Both the position numbers and the translations under genes were made by a program. A stretch of DNA of 64,000 nucleotides. Origin: Eledone cirrhosa (Eukaryota). Below, piece after piece: positions 42,095 to 55,346 of this stretch; within the stretch, counting starts at the first letter, position 1, and each line of letters opens with the position of its first letter. The stretch is taken from the NCBI GenBank assembly GCA_964016885.1, contig OZ024759.1, positions 22,692,001-22,756,000 of the forward strand, read 5' to 3'. The notes beneath the pieces are model-generated. The model ran no database searches, was not told the DNA's origin, and saw only the letters and a program-made list of their open reading frames with translations.

Positions 42095-42812
42095 GTTGGT
42101 GTAGAAGATTACACTGCTGTGATGGCGGTGGTGGTGAAGAGGGCGCGCGGGAGGGGGGGGGGTTAATGCTGCTATGGTGGTGGTGGTGGTGGTGTAGAAG
42201 ATTACACTGCTGTGATGGCGGGGTGGTAAAGAGGGCGGAGGGGGTTGCAATGCTGCTATGGTGGTGGTGGTGGTGAAGATTACACTGCTGTGATGGCGGG
42301 GTGGCGAAGAGGGCGGAGGGGGTTGCAATGCTGCTATGGTGGTGGTGGTGGTGAAGATTACACTGCTGTGATGGCGGGGTGGCGAAGAGGGCGGAGGGGG
42401 TTGCAATGCTGCTATGGTGGTGGTGAAGATTACACTGCTGTGATGGCGGTGGTGGTGTAGAGGGCGGGGAAGGGGGGGGTTGCAATGCTGCTATGGTGGT
42501 GGTGGTGGTGTAGGAGATTACACTGCTGTGATGGCGGTGGTGGTGTAGGGGGCGGGCAATGCTGCTATGGTGGTGGTGGTGGTGGTGTAGGAGATTACAC
42601 TGCTGTGATGGCGGTGGTGGTGTAGGGGGCGGGCAATGCTGCTATGGTGGTGGTGGTGGTGGTGTAGGAGATTACACTGCTGTGATGGCGGTGGTGGTGT
42701 AGGGGGCGGGCAATGCTGCTATGGTGGTGGTGGTGGTGGTGTAGGAGATTACACTGCTGTGATGGCGGTGGTGGTGTAGGGGGCGGGCAATGCTGCTATG
42801 GTGGTGGTGGTG
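42095..42812. repeat. G-rich ~72-81-bp minisatellite
   Basis: GATTACACTGCTGTGATGGCGG...GGGCGGG..CAATGCTGCTATGGTGG repeated about 9 times. Confidence 0.9.
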
Positions 42813-42869
42813 CCAGCTGCCCCTGCAACGGTGGGGATCAAGCGTTGATGAAGAAGGAAGTTGTAGTTT

Positions 42870-43428
42870 AGTTTGTGTGAACGTGTGTGTTTGTCAGTGA
42901 GTGTGTGTATGCGTGTGTGTGTGAGAGTGAGTGTGTGTATGCGTAGGTGTGTATGTGTGAGTGTGCTTTTAAATGTCAATGTGTGTGTATGTGTCACTGA
43001 GTATGTGTGTATCAGTGTGTGTGTGTGTGTGTGTGTAAGAGTGTGTTTGTGTGTCAGTGTCAGTGAGTGTGTGTGTGCATCAGTGTATATGTGTGTGTGT
43101 GTGCCACTGTGAGTGTGTGTGTGTCAGTGAGTGTGAGATTGTGTGGCTGTCTGTGTGTGTATGTCAGTGATTGTGAGTGAGTGTGTGTGTCAGTGAGTGT
43201 GTGTGTGTGTCAGTGAGTGTGAGATTGTGTGGCTGTCTGTGTGTGTATGTCAGTGTGTGTGTGAGTGTATGTGTGTGTGTGAGTGTATGTGCCTGTATGT
43301 GTGTGTGTGTGTCAGTGATTGTGAGTGTATGTGCCTGTGTGTGTGTGTGTGTCAGTGATTGTGTGTGTGTGTGTGTGTGTGTATGTGTGTGTGTGAGTGT
43401 ATGTGCCTGTGTGTGTGTGTGTGTGTCA

Positions 43429-43463
<35 letters not shown>

Positions 43464-43521
43464 TGTATGTGCCTGTGTGTGTGTGTGTGTCAGTGATTGT
43501 GAGTGTATGTGCCTGTGTGTG

Positions 43522-43577
<56 letters not shown>

Positions 43578-44154
43578 AGTGAGTGTGTGTGTATTTGTTT
43601 TTGGTTTTCGGAACAGATGTTTTTCATGCAACTGTTGGTGAAGGAGTTTACTGTCGGAGCCTCAGGAAGTACTTATGCATACACACACACACACACATAA
43701 ATACATACACACACACACACATAAATACATGTGCACACACACACACACACACACACACATACATAAATAAATACATCCATACACACACAGACACAAACAA
43801 ACATACATACACAAAATAAATATATGTGCACACACACACATACACATAAATATATGTAAATACACATATAAATACATTCAGACATACACAAACATAAATA
43901 TATGTGCGCACATACACACACATAAATACATGTGCACACACACATATATATATATATATATACATTACGTGCACATACACACATAGATAAACACACATAC
44001 ATACACATACATACACCCGCTCACGCACATACAATGCATATACATATATACCCATACATACTCGTTTACACATATACACAAACACACTTGCACACAAAAG
44101 CCATGCAACTGTTTGCGAAGGAGTTTACCATCGGACGCTAAGGAAGTATTTATT

Positions 44155-44192
<38 letters not shown>

Positions 44193-44668
44193 TATACTCA
44201 CTAACACATACGTACACATATCTCACGCATACACACACAAATACAAACATACACACACACACAAACGCGGGAATAATTTTGTTTCGTTTTACCTGAGTTT
44301 GAATGCTTTTACTATGAACCGTAACATGTAATAATAATATGTGAAATATGTGATATTGCTATACTAAATAGTACTATACTATACTATACTATACTATTCT
44401 ATACTCTTCTATATATATTATAGTAATATATATATCGTATTATACATCAAATACATCCCCACTCTATATAGAGAGATTTAGATGTAAGTGTGTGTTTGGG
44501 TGTGTGTGTATTTGTATATTATATCTATATATCTATCTATCTATCTATCTATCAATATATATTTTTATTGTATTTAAACTTCCCCCTTTGTATTTGTCCC
44601 CTTCTTTTGTGCCCTTGTGGCTAATAAAGAAACATATCTATCAATATATATATATATATATATTGATA

Positions 44669-44718
<50 letters not shown>

Positions 44719-44836
44719 TATATATACACATATATATACACACATATATTTATATATACATATAGCTATATAGCTACAAGTGTGAGTGTGTATTTGTATA
44801 TATCTATCCCTATCTATCTATCTATATAAATATAGG

Positions 44837-44880
<44 letters not shown>

Positions 44881-44939
44881 TTTATATGTACATATAGCTA
44901 TATAGCTACAACTGTGAATGTGCATTTGTATATAATACT

Positions 44940-44975
<36 letters not shown>

Positions 44976-45272
44976 CACATACACACATATATACACACAT
45001 ATAGCTACATGTATATATAGATAGAAGTGTGTGTGCATCTGTGTTTGTGTCGGTGTGTGTAAATGACGGTCAAACTACTAATATAATTACACAACTTCCA
45101 CAAGTCTTGATTACCCTTTCCTTTTGTTTGTACCAACAGCTACACACACACACACACACACGTATATATATATATATACACACTCACTCACACACAAATA
45201 CATATATATACACTTACGCACACACACATTTATATATATATATACACACACACACACATATATATACTCACT

Positions 45273-45306
<34 letters not shown>

Positions 45307-45323
45307 CACTCACTCACACACAA

Positions 45324-45354
<31 letters not shown>

Positions 45355-45435
45355 TATGCACACACACACATATATACATATATATATACACACTCACACA
45401 CACACATTCATTGATATACACACTCACACACACAC

Positions 45436-45468
<33 letters not shown>

Positions 45469-45493
45469 TATACACACACACTCACACACACAC

Positions 45494-45530
<37 letters not shown>

Positions 45531-45545
45531 TATATACACACACAC
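42870..45545. repeat. Compound (GT)n/(CA)n/(TA)n microsatellite block
   Basis: Read directly from the sequence. Confidence 0.9.
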
Positions 45546-45745
45546 CTATAAATGATGTCTTAGAATCAATGCTTCAAACGGAGGAGAAACACACACAGAT
45601 CCACACACATATCTACGTAGAGCAACAACAACAACAACAACAACAACATCACCAACAACAACAACAACATCAACAATAACAACAAGAACAAAAACAGCAG
45701 CATCATCAATAACAATAACAACATAACAACAACAACAATACCACC

Positions 45746-45777
<32 letters not shown>

Positions 45778-45967
45778 CCCTTATCTGATCTGGTTAGTAA
45801 AATATTAATTCCGCTTGTGTGTTTTTTTTCTATAATATGTTTAAATTACTAACCTGCTCCACAAATTATATCAAAGTACAACTTTACATATCCAGTGCCC
45901 GCATACATGCTTACACGTACTAAAGCTGCTACACATACCCACATAAGCCTGCAAGCCATTCAAACAT

Positions 45968-46325
45968 ACATTTACATACGCTTATCTATACATACTTACT
46001 ATAATATACACACATATTTACACAGGCTTATCTATACATACTTACTATAATATACACACATATTTACAGAGACTTATCTATACATACTTACTATAATATA
46101 CATACATATTTACATACGCTTATCTATACATACTTACTATAATATACATACATATTTACAGAGACTTATCTATACATACTTACTATAATATACACACATA
46201 TTTACATACGCTTATCTATACATACTTACTATAATATACATACATATTTACTTAGGCTTATCTATACATACTTACTATAATATACATACATATTTACATA
46301 CGCTTATCTATACATACTTACACAT
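45968..46325. repeat. 46-bp minisatellite
   Basis: CTTATCTATACATACTTACTATAATATACA... at 45981, 46027 and onward. Confidence 0.9.
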
Positions 46326-46634
46326 ACAAACATACATACACATTTACACACGCTTATCTACACATACACATTTACACACGTTTATCTATACATACACATA
46401 CACACTTACACACACTTATCTACACATACATATCAATACAAATACACATTTACACACGCCTATCTATACACACATACACATTTACATACGCTTATCTATA
46501 CATACACATATAAATACAAACACACATTTACACACACTTACATACACATACACTTTTACACACTTATCTACATATACACATAAATACACATTTACACACA
46601 CACTTATCTCCTCATACAAATTTACATACATCTA

Positions 46635-46945
46635 ACAGGCACTCCGTCAGTTACGACGACGAGTGTTCCAGTTGATTCGATCAACGGAACATCCTTGCTC
46701 GTGAAATTAACAGGCAAGTGGCAGAGCATTCCACAGACACTTGCACCGTCAATGTAGTTCTCAGGGAGATTCAACGTGACACAGAATGAGACAAGGCTGG
46801 CCCTTCCAATTGCAGGTAAAAACTGATTTTTGTCAGCTGAGTGGAATGACTTGAACAACGGGAAAGAAAGTATTACAGCGCACCACCAGGAATCGAACTC
46901 ACGACCTTACGGTCGTAAGCTAAGTACCCTAACCACCTGGCCACA
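46635..46945 (-). mobile_element. tRNA-derived CORE-like SINE
   Basis: Minus strand GTGGCCAGGTGGTTAGGG...GAGTTCGATTCCTGG...CCACTCAGCTGACAAAAAT. Confidence 0.75.
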
Positions 46946-47089
46946 CACACACATATATACATATATATATACACATATAGATTTATTCAGACAAGCCGCC
47001 GCAGCGGCGCGGCATTGATGCTTACACGTGCACAACAAACACTATATACAGGACAACATTTATAATAACACATATCTATAAATATACAC

Positions 47090-47110
47090 TCACATATCTA
47101 GTCACATACA

Positions 47111-47170
<60 letters not shown>

Positions 47171-47533
47171 TCTAGTCACATACACTCATATATATATATA
47201 TATACACATCTAGTCACATACACTCATATATATATATATACACGCACGCATCTAGTCACATACACTCATATATATATACACGCACGCATCTAGTCACATA
47301 CACTCATATATATATATATACACGCACGCATACACTCATATATATATATACACACACACACATCTAGTCACATACACTCATATATATATATATACACGCA
47401 CGCATCTAGTCACATACACTCATATATATATACACGCACGCATCTAGTCACATACACTCATATATATATATATACACGCACGCATACACTCATATATATA
47501 TATACACACACACACATCTAGTCACATACACTC

Positions 47534-47566
<33 letters not shown>

Positions 47567-47700
47567 TCTAGTCACATACACTCATATATATATATATACA
47601 CGCACGCATCTAGTCACATACACTCATATACACACACACACACACACACATCTAGTCACATACGCTCATATATATACACATACACTCATATATATATACA
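47090..47700. repeat. CATCTAGTCACATACACTC(AT)n minisatellite
   Basis: Read directly from the sequence. Confidence 0.9.
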
Positions 47701-47994
47701 CACACCCACATATATATACACACACATATATATATACACACACACACTCACACACATATATATATATATTGAAAGGATAACAAGGATATATTACACTCTG
47801 TCTAGCTCTACACCTCATCACAGACGTGAACCTAAACATCGAGTGCTCACCCTGGTGAACCTGCAGTAACTCCAAGTTACACCCCCTGGATATTATATAT
47901 ATAAATAAATATATATAAATATATTATATATATAAATAAATATATATATATATATAAATAAATATATATATATATATATATATAAACACATGCG

Positions 47995-48053
47995 TTCGGA
48001 TCTAGCTATTGAAACGGCCGGAGCTCAGCAGTCGGGGTCCTGAATGTTTTCAT
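47995..48053 (+). mobile_element. Solo short arm of fold-back subfamily B
   Basis: TTCGGATCTAGCTATTGAAACGGCCGGAGCTCAGCAGTCGGGGTCCTGAAT. Confidence 0.75.
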
Positions 48054-48519
48054 ACGAAAACACACACACACACATATATATATAAACATATCTATATACA
48101 CATACACTCATATATATATATATATATATATATGTCTCTACAAACACATTCACACATATATATATAAACATAGACATATACACACACATACGCTTACATC
48201 TATAGTCATATACGCTGACATGTAGAAGAATATACATACATACATACATATATATATATCTAGACTCACACACGTACACATATAGAGATTCACGCTCAAA
48301 TACACATAGACACACTGACAGATAAATACATTCACACTTGCACTCACGCACATACATACATACACACACACACGCTCTGATAGAGAAATACACACACACA
48401 CATATATATATATACATACATCCTCGCTGATAGTCACCTCCACACTAATTTCTTCACTGACATACACACATTTACATTCAATCGGACAGTCGTAGGAACA
48501 CACACAAACACACACACAC

Positions 48520-48980
48520 ACACACAACCACACGCACATACATCCACAGTCTCACTGACAGGCGCAGACACACACACAACCACACACATACATCCACAGC
48601 CTCACTGACAGGCGCAGACACACACACAACCACACACATACATCCACAGCCTCACTGACAGGCGCAGACACACACACAACCACACACATACATCCACAGT
48701 CTCACTGACAGGCGCAGACAAACACACAACCACACACATACATCCACAGTCTCACTGACAGGCGCAGACACACACACAACCACACACATACATCCACAGT
48801 CTCACTGACAGGCGCAGACACACACACAACCACACACATACATCCACAGTCTCACTGACAGGCGCAGACAAACACACACACATTCTCACTGAACAGGCGC
48901 AAGACACACTCATACACATTCTCACTGAACAGGCGCAAGACACACTCATACACATTCTCACTGACAGGCGCAGACACACA
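48520..48980. repeat. 50-bp minisatellite
   Basis: CATCCACAGYCTCACTGACAGGCGCAGAC... every 50 bp from 48541. Confidence 0.9.
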
Positions 48981-49944
48981 CACACATACTCACTCTCTCT
49001 CTCTCACACATACACACACTCTCTCTCTCACACACATACACTCTCTCTCTCTCTCTCACACACACTCTCTCACTCTTATACAACTATTACCATTCAATCG
49101 GACACAACCACACAGCCACACAGTCAGTAAGTTACACGCAGCCACACATTTACACACTTGCTGTGAGAGAGAGACACACGCTCCTCTCACACTCACATGT
49201 TCGCATTCACATGGACAGAGGCGCAGATACAGTCACGCCGACAGGGCATAAAATGGAAGAATTTCAAGACTGGCTGTTAAGTTCTCGAAGAGGTGGGACG
49301 AACGTGTATAGTAACATGACCACCAATATTTATAATACGTACGTCCGCCACGGCTATTTCCAGTTTCGTCAAGTATCGAACGTAGATTATTAGCTAGCGC
49401 TGACTAACTTTAGGGTCTTTTCTTTTAAACCTGATGAAATTTCACATAGCGAACATGACAACAGCTAATGATGCAATGACAACATTGTGATAGATAAATA
49501 GATCGAGAGAGAGAGAGCGGTGGTGTGTGTATGTGTATGTGTGCGTGTGTGTGTGTATGTGGACTGGCACCAACTTTTTTTTTTTTTCCCCGAACCGTTT
49601 GTGTGTCTGTATGTATGTCTGTCTGTCTGTGTGTATGTGTCAGTGTATGTGTAAAACAGTGTCTGTATGATATGATATAATATGGTAAGGTAAGACATGG
49701 CATGAGCACATGTCAATCCGATCCCGTTCGGTCGGACACGATACATATTTCTCTCAAACACTTTAACAATTTTAATAATTTTTTTTTTTTTTTTTTTTTT
49801 TTTTTCTCCTTGATTTTTCTAATTTAAATTATTTCTCCTCTATTTTAAATTTTTTGTTTCCTAACTTTTTTTTTTTCCCCGCTACTCTGGAAATTTCTTT
49901 CTTCCTTCTTCCTCTTCTAAACACTTATTATTTCTTCTCCATCC

Positions 49945-50006
49945 GATAAAATAAAGTACCAGTAATGCACTGGGTAATTGCTGGCCTTGTGCCTAAAGTA
50001 GAAACA
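49945..50006 (+). mobile_element. 5'-truncated dominant SINE with an 18-bp TSD
   Basis: ATTATTTCTTCTCCATCC at 49927-49944 and 50007-50024. Confidence 0.9.
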
Positions 50007-50096
50007 ATTATTTCTTCTCCATCCAACATATATATTAATTAATAGCACACCCGAGTGACACACACACACAAACATAACAAATTGATAGTAATAATG

Positions 50097-50127
<31 letters not shown>

Positions 50128-50285
50128 ATAATAAAGTCATACAGCCAAAAAGATTAAAAACATAAACAAACATTATACATCAACAACAACAAAATAATCA
50201 TAACAAACACACACACACACAAAAAACCCAAACAACAAATATATATATTTATTAAAAAAAAAAATTTCTGTGTTATTAAGAAGTG

Positions 50286-51515
50286 ATGTTTAATGCAACA
50301 ACGGTAAATATATCTGTCTTTTTTGACAGTGAACAAAATGTGGAGGATTATTACTATTATTCAAACTTTCTGGATTCTAACGATACCACAGAGAACATCA
50401 ACAGCAACAACAACAACATTATAAACACCGACAACTACAACAACAACAACTTCAATGTGAACACCAGTCCGGGGAATATTTCTCGATCGGACACGACAAA
50501 GACTATTATACTTGGTATTATATTGTCAATAATTATCTTAGTCTCTGTCGTAGGAAACAGCCTAGTATGTGTTGCTGTAGTCAAAGTGAAACAGATGCGA
50601 AAAATAGGGAATTTTTACCTCGTATCTCTTGCTATCGCGGATCTACTAGTATCGCTCTTAGTAATGACATTTGCCCTCGCCAACGATATTATGGGCGAGT
50701 GGGTCTTCGGACGACCCTTCTGCAACGTGTGGATATCCTTGGATGTAATGTGTTCGACAGCTTCCATATTGAATCTATGCGCCATCAGTTTGGACAGATA
50801 CATTCACATACGGGACCCTTTACACTATGAAAACTGGATGACAAAGAAACGGACAGCAATCATCATCAGTATAGTGTGGGTCTGTTCGTTCCTCATATCC
50901 TTCCTGCCGATCCATCTTGGTTGGCACAGCCCGGAAGCTGCTGCGACTCAATTGACAGGCTGTGACCTCGACATCAACCCCATTTATGCCGTGATATCTT
51001 CCACCATCAGTTTCATCATCCCTTGTATAGTAATGTTGTCAATCTATTGTAAATTGTACAGTACAGCCCAGCAACATGTCAGAAATATACGACGTACGTA
51101 CGCCTGTGAGAGGTACGACGGGTCCTTATCCGATCATAAAGCAGCGATCACGCTAGGGATCATAATGGGCGTCTTTCTATTGTGTTGGACACCATTTTTC
51201 GTAGTGAACCTTACTTCAGCCGCTTGCAAGACTTGTATCCCTCCATTGGCCTTTAAGATTCTTACTTGGCTCGGCTATGCCAATTCTTCCCTAAACCCTA
51301 TCATCTATAGCATATTCAACACGGACTTTCGAGAAGCTTTCCGTCGAGTGATCTTACCAAATTCTTACACATCCAACGACGATGGTTATACGTACACGCC
51401 AAACAACAAAGAGGTGACCGTCTCCATAAATTCCACGTCGAAAACAATCACACAGAATGGCAGTCGAAAGGACAGCAAAACCCGCCTTATATCAGAGCAG
51501 GTGACAATATTGTGA
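50286..51515 (+). CDS. Dop1R1: D1-like dopamine receptor (invertebrate Dop1R1/DOP1 type), class A GPCR, 409 aa, uninterrupted ORF
   Basis: Seven hydrophobic segments. Motifs: GN in TM1, SLAIAD in TM2, amine-binding Asp in [23 protein letters not shown]5 serines SSTIS, short ICL3, [52 protein letters not shown]. First ATG is 50286 (the track started at GTG 50283); stop TGA 51513-51515. Confidence 0.93.
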   Translation: MFNATTVNISVFFDSEQNVEDYYYYSNFLDSNDTTENINSNNNNIINTDNYNNNNFNVNTSPGNISRSDTTKTIILGIILSIIILVSVVGNSLVCVAVVKVKQMRKIGNFYLVSLAIADLLVSLLVMTFALANDIMGEWVFGRPFCNVWISLDVMCSTASILNLCAISLDRYIHIRDPLHYENWMTKKRTAIIISIVWVCSFLISFLPIHLGWHSPEAAATQLTGCDLDINPIYAVISSTISFIIPCIVMLSIYCKLYSTAQQHVRNIRRTYACERYDGSLSDHKAAITLGIIMGVFLLCWTPFFVVNLTSAACKTCIPPLAFKILTWLGYANSSLNPIIYSIFNTDFREAFRRVILPNSYTSNDDGYTYTPNNKEVTVSINSTSKTITQNGSRKDSKTRLISEQVTIL

Positions 51516-51588
51516 ATTAACACACGATTTATCATTGTTTAAATGCATTCTGTTGATATAATGTATATCTGTTTGTTTCTGCTTTATC

Positions 51589-51594
51589 AATAAA
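51589..51594 (+). terminator. Candidate polyadenylation signal
   Basis: First AATAAA after the stop codon; such hexamers are common in this AT-rich DNA. Confidence 0.3.
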
Positions 51595-51734
51595 CATTGG
51601 TCCACAGTAAAGCGTAAAAAAACCCCGACAAAATGCTTTTTTTTAAATATCAGGAGACTGTTAAAAAGGGCGCATGTATGTGATATGATTTGTCCGTATA
51701 TGTACATGTATATGTGCATATATTGACACACATG

Positions 51735-51826
51735 CATATATATATGTATATAAATAAATATATATAAATATATAAATATATTTATGTTTATAAATATATA
51801 TATAAATACATATATACATTTATGTT

Positions 51827-51863
<37 letters not shown>

Positions 51864-51870
51864 TTATGTT

Positions 51871-51909
<39 letters not shown>

Positions 51910-52179
51910 TTATGTTTATAAATATATATATATATATGTATGTACATAAATATATAAATATTTATATATAAATATATATATATATACATATATGTTTATG
52001 AATACATATATATATATTTATGAATACATATATATATATTTATAAATATATATATATATTTATAAATATATATATGTATATAAATATATAAATAAATATA
52101 TATGTTTATAAATATATATACATATATATGTGTGTGTATATAAATAAATAAATATAAATAATATATATATATATTGCAT

Positions 52180-52221
<42 letters not shown>

Positions 52222-52712
52222 ATGTCGATATTCAATCGCTAATGGAGTAAAAAGGCTTACACTTCTTGTATGAAGCTATTTTACAAACAAACAAACAAAC
52301 AAACAAACAAACAAAAAAAAAATTACAAAACAAGACAAAAAACAAAATATAATTTTCCGAGTTAACTCATTCCAAATGTAAGTTCAATTTATTTATTTAT
52401 AAATACAAACTTTTAACCCCCAAAACACTTTCCTTGTTTTTTTTTTCTTATAAATCTTTCACGTTTTTGTTTAATTATCTTTTTTTAAAATTTTTGTCTT
52501 TTAATATTTCTGTTCTCTTGTTTATTCTGTTTATTGGTTTTGAGACTGCGGCCATGTTGAAGCATCACCTTGATTTAGTAGAGCGTTATCGACCCGCTCC
52601 TACTTAGTTTTTGTTTTTTATCATTTATCTTTACGTTTATTTTTGTTCTGTTTCTTTTTTTTTATGTATTTATGTGTTGAAACATTATTTTCCTATATAT
52701 ATAAATATATAT

Positions 52713-52770
<58 letters not shown>

Positions 52771-53317
52771 TTATAAATATATATATATATCTTTATTTCT
52801 TTATACATATATGTATGTATAATTATATATATATGCATATATTTATATATATATGTATATATTTATATATGTATATACTTATACATATAAATATATATAT
52901 ATACACATGTATATAATTATATATATATATATATATATATAAATATATATAGTTATATAAATATATAATTATATATATATATAGTTATATATATATATAA
53001 TTATATATATATATAATTATATATATATATAATTATATATATATATAATTATATATATATATAATTATATATATATATAATTATATAATTATATATATAT
53101 ATAATTATATATATATATATAGTTATATATATATATATAATTATATATAAATATAATTATATAAATATATATATATAGTTATATATATAATTATATATAT
53201 ATATATATAATTATATAATTATATATATATATATAGTTATATATCTATATAATTATATATATATATATACACACATACATATATGTATGGAAATATTTAT
53301 ATATATATATATATGTG

Positions 53318-53356
<39 letters not shown>

Positions 53357-53418
53357 AAATATATATATATGAGTGTGTGTATATATATGTACACACACAT
53401 ATATATATAAATATATAT

Positions 53419-53457
<39 letters not shown>

Positions 53458-53462
53458 ATTAT

Positions 53463-53501
<39 letters not shown>

Positions 53502-53505
53502 CATA
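51735..53505. repeat. (TA)n-rich low-complexity block
   Basis: Read directly; includes (AAAC)n and a SINE scrap at ~52540-52610. Confidence 0.9.
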
Positions 53506-53614
53506 CACACTCTTTATTATTTTCTCCATGTATTTTGCAGCATCTTTTAACCATACTCTCTACTACATCTTTCTTACCCTGTCAATTTCATTATTATTAT
53601 TGTTATTATTATCG

Positions 53615-54850
53615 TTTCGGTGGATTGACGAAATCGGTAGAGCGCCAGACAAAATACTCTGCGATATTTAGTTACAGATCTTTAAATTCTGATTTCAAAT
53701 CTCGCCGAGGTTCACTTTACGTTTCAACCTTCCATGGTCGATAAATAACGTACCAGTCAAATACTGGGGTCGATTTAACCGACTTTCCTATCTCTTTCCA
53801 AAATTGCAAGCCTTAGACCTGTTATAAACCATTATGATTATTCCCATTTCCCATTATCATTACTGATATAATAATATCTCGAGGAGTGGTGGATTGGCAG
53901 TATCGGTAGAGGGTCGGACGCCATGCTTTGACGCATGGAGTTGCGACCCTTTACGTTCTGATTTCAAATGCCGCCGAAGTTAACTTTGCCTTTCATCCTT
54001 ACGGGGTCGATAAAATAAAGTACCAGTAATGCACTGGGATCGATAAAATAAAGTACCAGTAATGCACTGGGATCGATAAAACAACGTACCAGTAATGCAT
54101 TGGGGTTGATAAAATAAAGTACCAGTAATGCACTGGGGTCGATTTAATCTACTTTCCTCTCTCCTTCAAATTGCTAGCCTTGTACCTAAAGCAGAAACAA
54201 TTATTATTACTGATATAACTTTCGAGTTCAAATCCCGATGGCGTCAACTTTTTCGTCCAATGACGGGGGTCGATAAAATAAAGTACCAGTAATGCATTGG
54301 GGTCGATTTAATCGATTTGCCCTCCCCAACAAAATATTGTCGGCCTTGTGGCCAAAGCAGAAACCATTATATCTGATATAAGGTTTGAGTTCAAATTCGG
54401 ATGTGGTCAAATGTTCAGTCCAATCACGATGGTCGAGATAAAGTACCAGTAACGCTCTGGGGTCGACTTAATCGATTTCCCATCCGACCAAAAAATTGTT
54501 GCCCTTGTGCCTAAATCAGAAACCATTATTATCAGATATAAGGTTTGAGTTCAAATTCGGATGGGGTCGTTCAAAGCGGTTGATTGGCAGTATCGGTAGA
54601 GGGTCGGTCACTATGCTTTGACGTACTCAGTTACGCCCCTTGCCATTCTGAGTTCAAATCGCGCCGAGGTTAACTTTGCCTTTCATCCTTACGGGGTCGA
54701 TAAAATAAAGTACCAGTAATGCACTGGCTAATTGCTGGCCTTGTGCCAAAAGTAGAAACAATTAATATCAGATATAAGGTTTGAGTTCAAATTCGGATGG
54801 GGTCAACTTTTTCACCCAGTCCAGGTGGTAGAGAAAATAAAGTACCCGTC
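53615..54850 (+). mobile_element. Cluster of about 6 dominant SINE copies; one carries a 33-bp internal 4x duplication (54008-54140)
   Basis: GATAAAATAAAGTACCAGTAATGCACTGGG repeated; core and tail motifs. Confidence 0.85.
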
Positions 54851-55346
54851 AAATAACTAAATATCCCCTTTACCCTCAGAAAATATACTGCATAGGTGTC
54901 TCTGTTAGAAAACATTGACACCACTCGCCTCTCTGGCCATGCCCTTATCAACTTCTTCAAGTTCCGCTTGGAGATGGAGTTTTGTGTTGCGGTATTTGGT
55001 TTGTTGTTTCTTGTGTTGCTTTAATGTTTAGGCTCGTTGCTGTGTACCATTATGTATAATATAGGTTGTATGGTTGTGTTGTGTGGTGTTTGTGTGGTGA
55101 TAATGTGTTGTTTGTGTTGTGTTGTATATGTTGTGTGGTGTTTGTGGGTTGTATGTGTTGTGTGATTGTGTGTTGTGTAGTGATTGTGTGTTGTATGTGT
55201 TGTGTAGTGATTGTGTGTCGTATGTGTTGTGTCGTGTGGTGATTGTTAGTTGTATGTGTTGTGTCGGGTTGTGTGGTTGTGCCGTGTGTTGTATGTGTTC
55301 TGTGGGCTATGAGTTGTGTGGTTGTGTCATGCGGTGCTTGTGTTGT

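Noticed and set aside
49430-49455. CTGATGA near the receptor's 5' region
   Set aside because: No paired stem II, GAAA or stem III; a chance heptamer.
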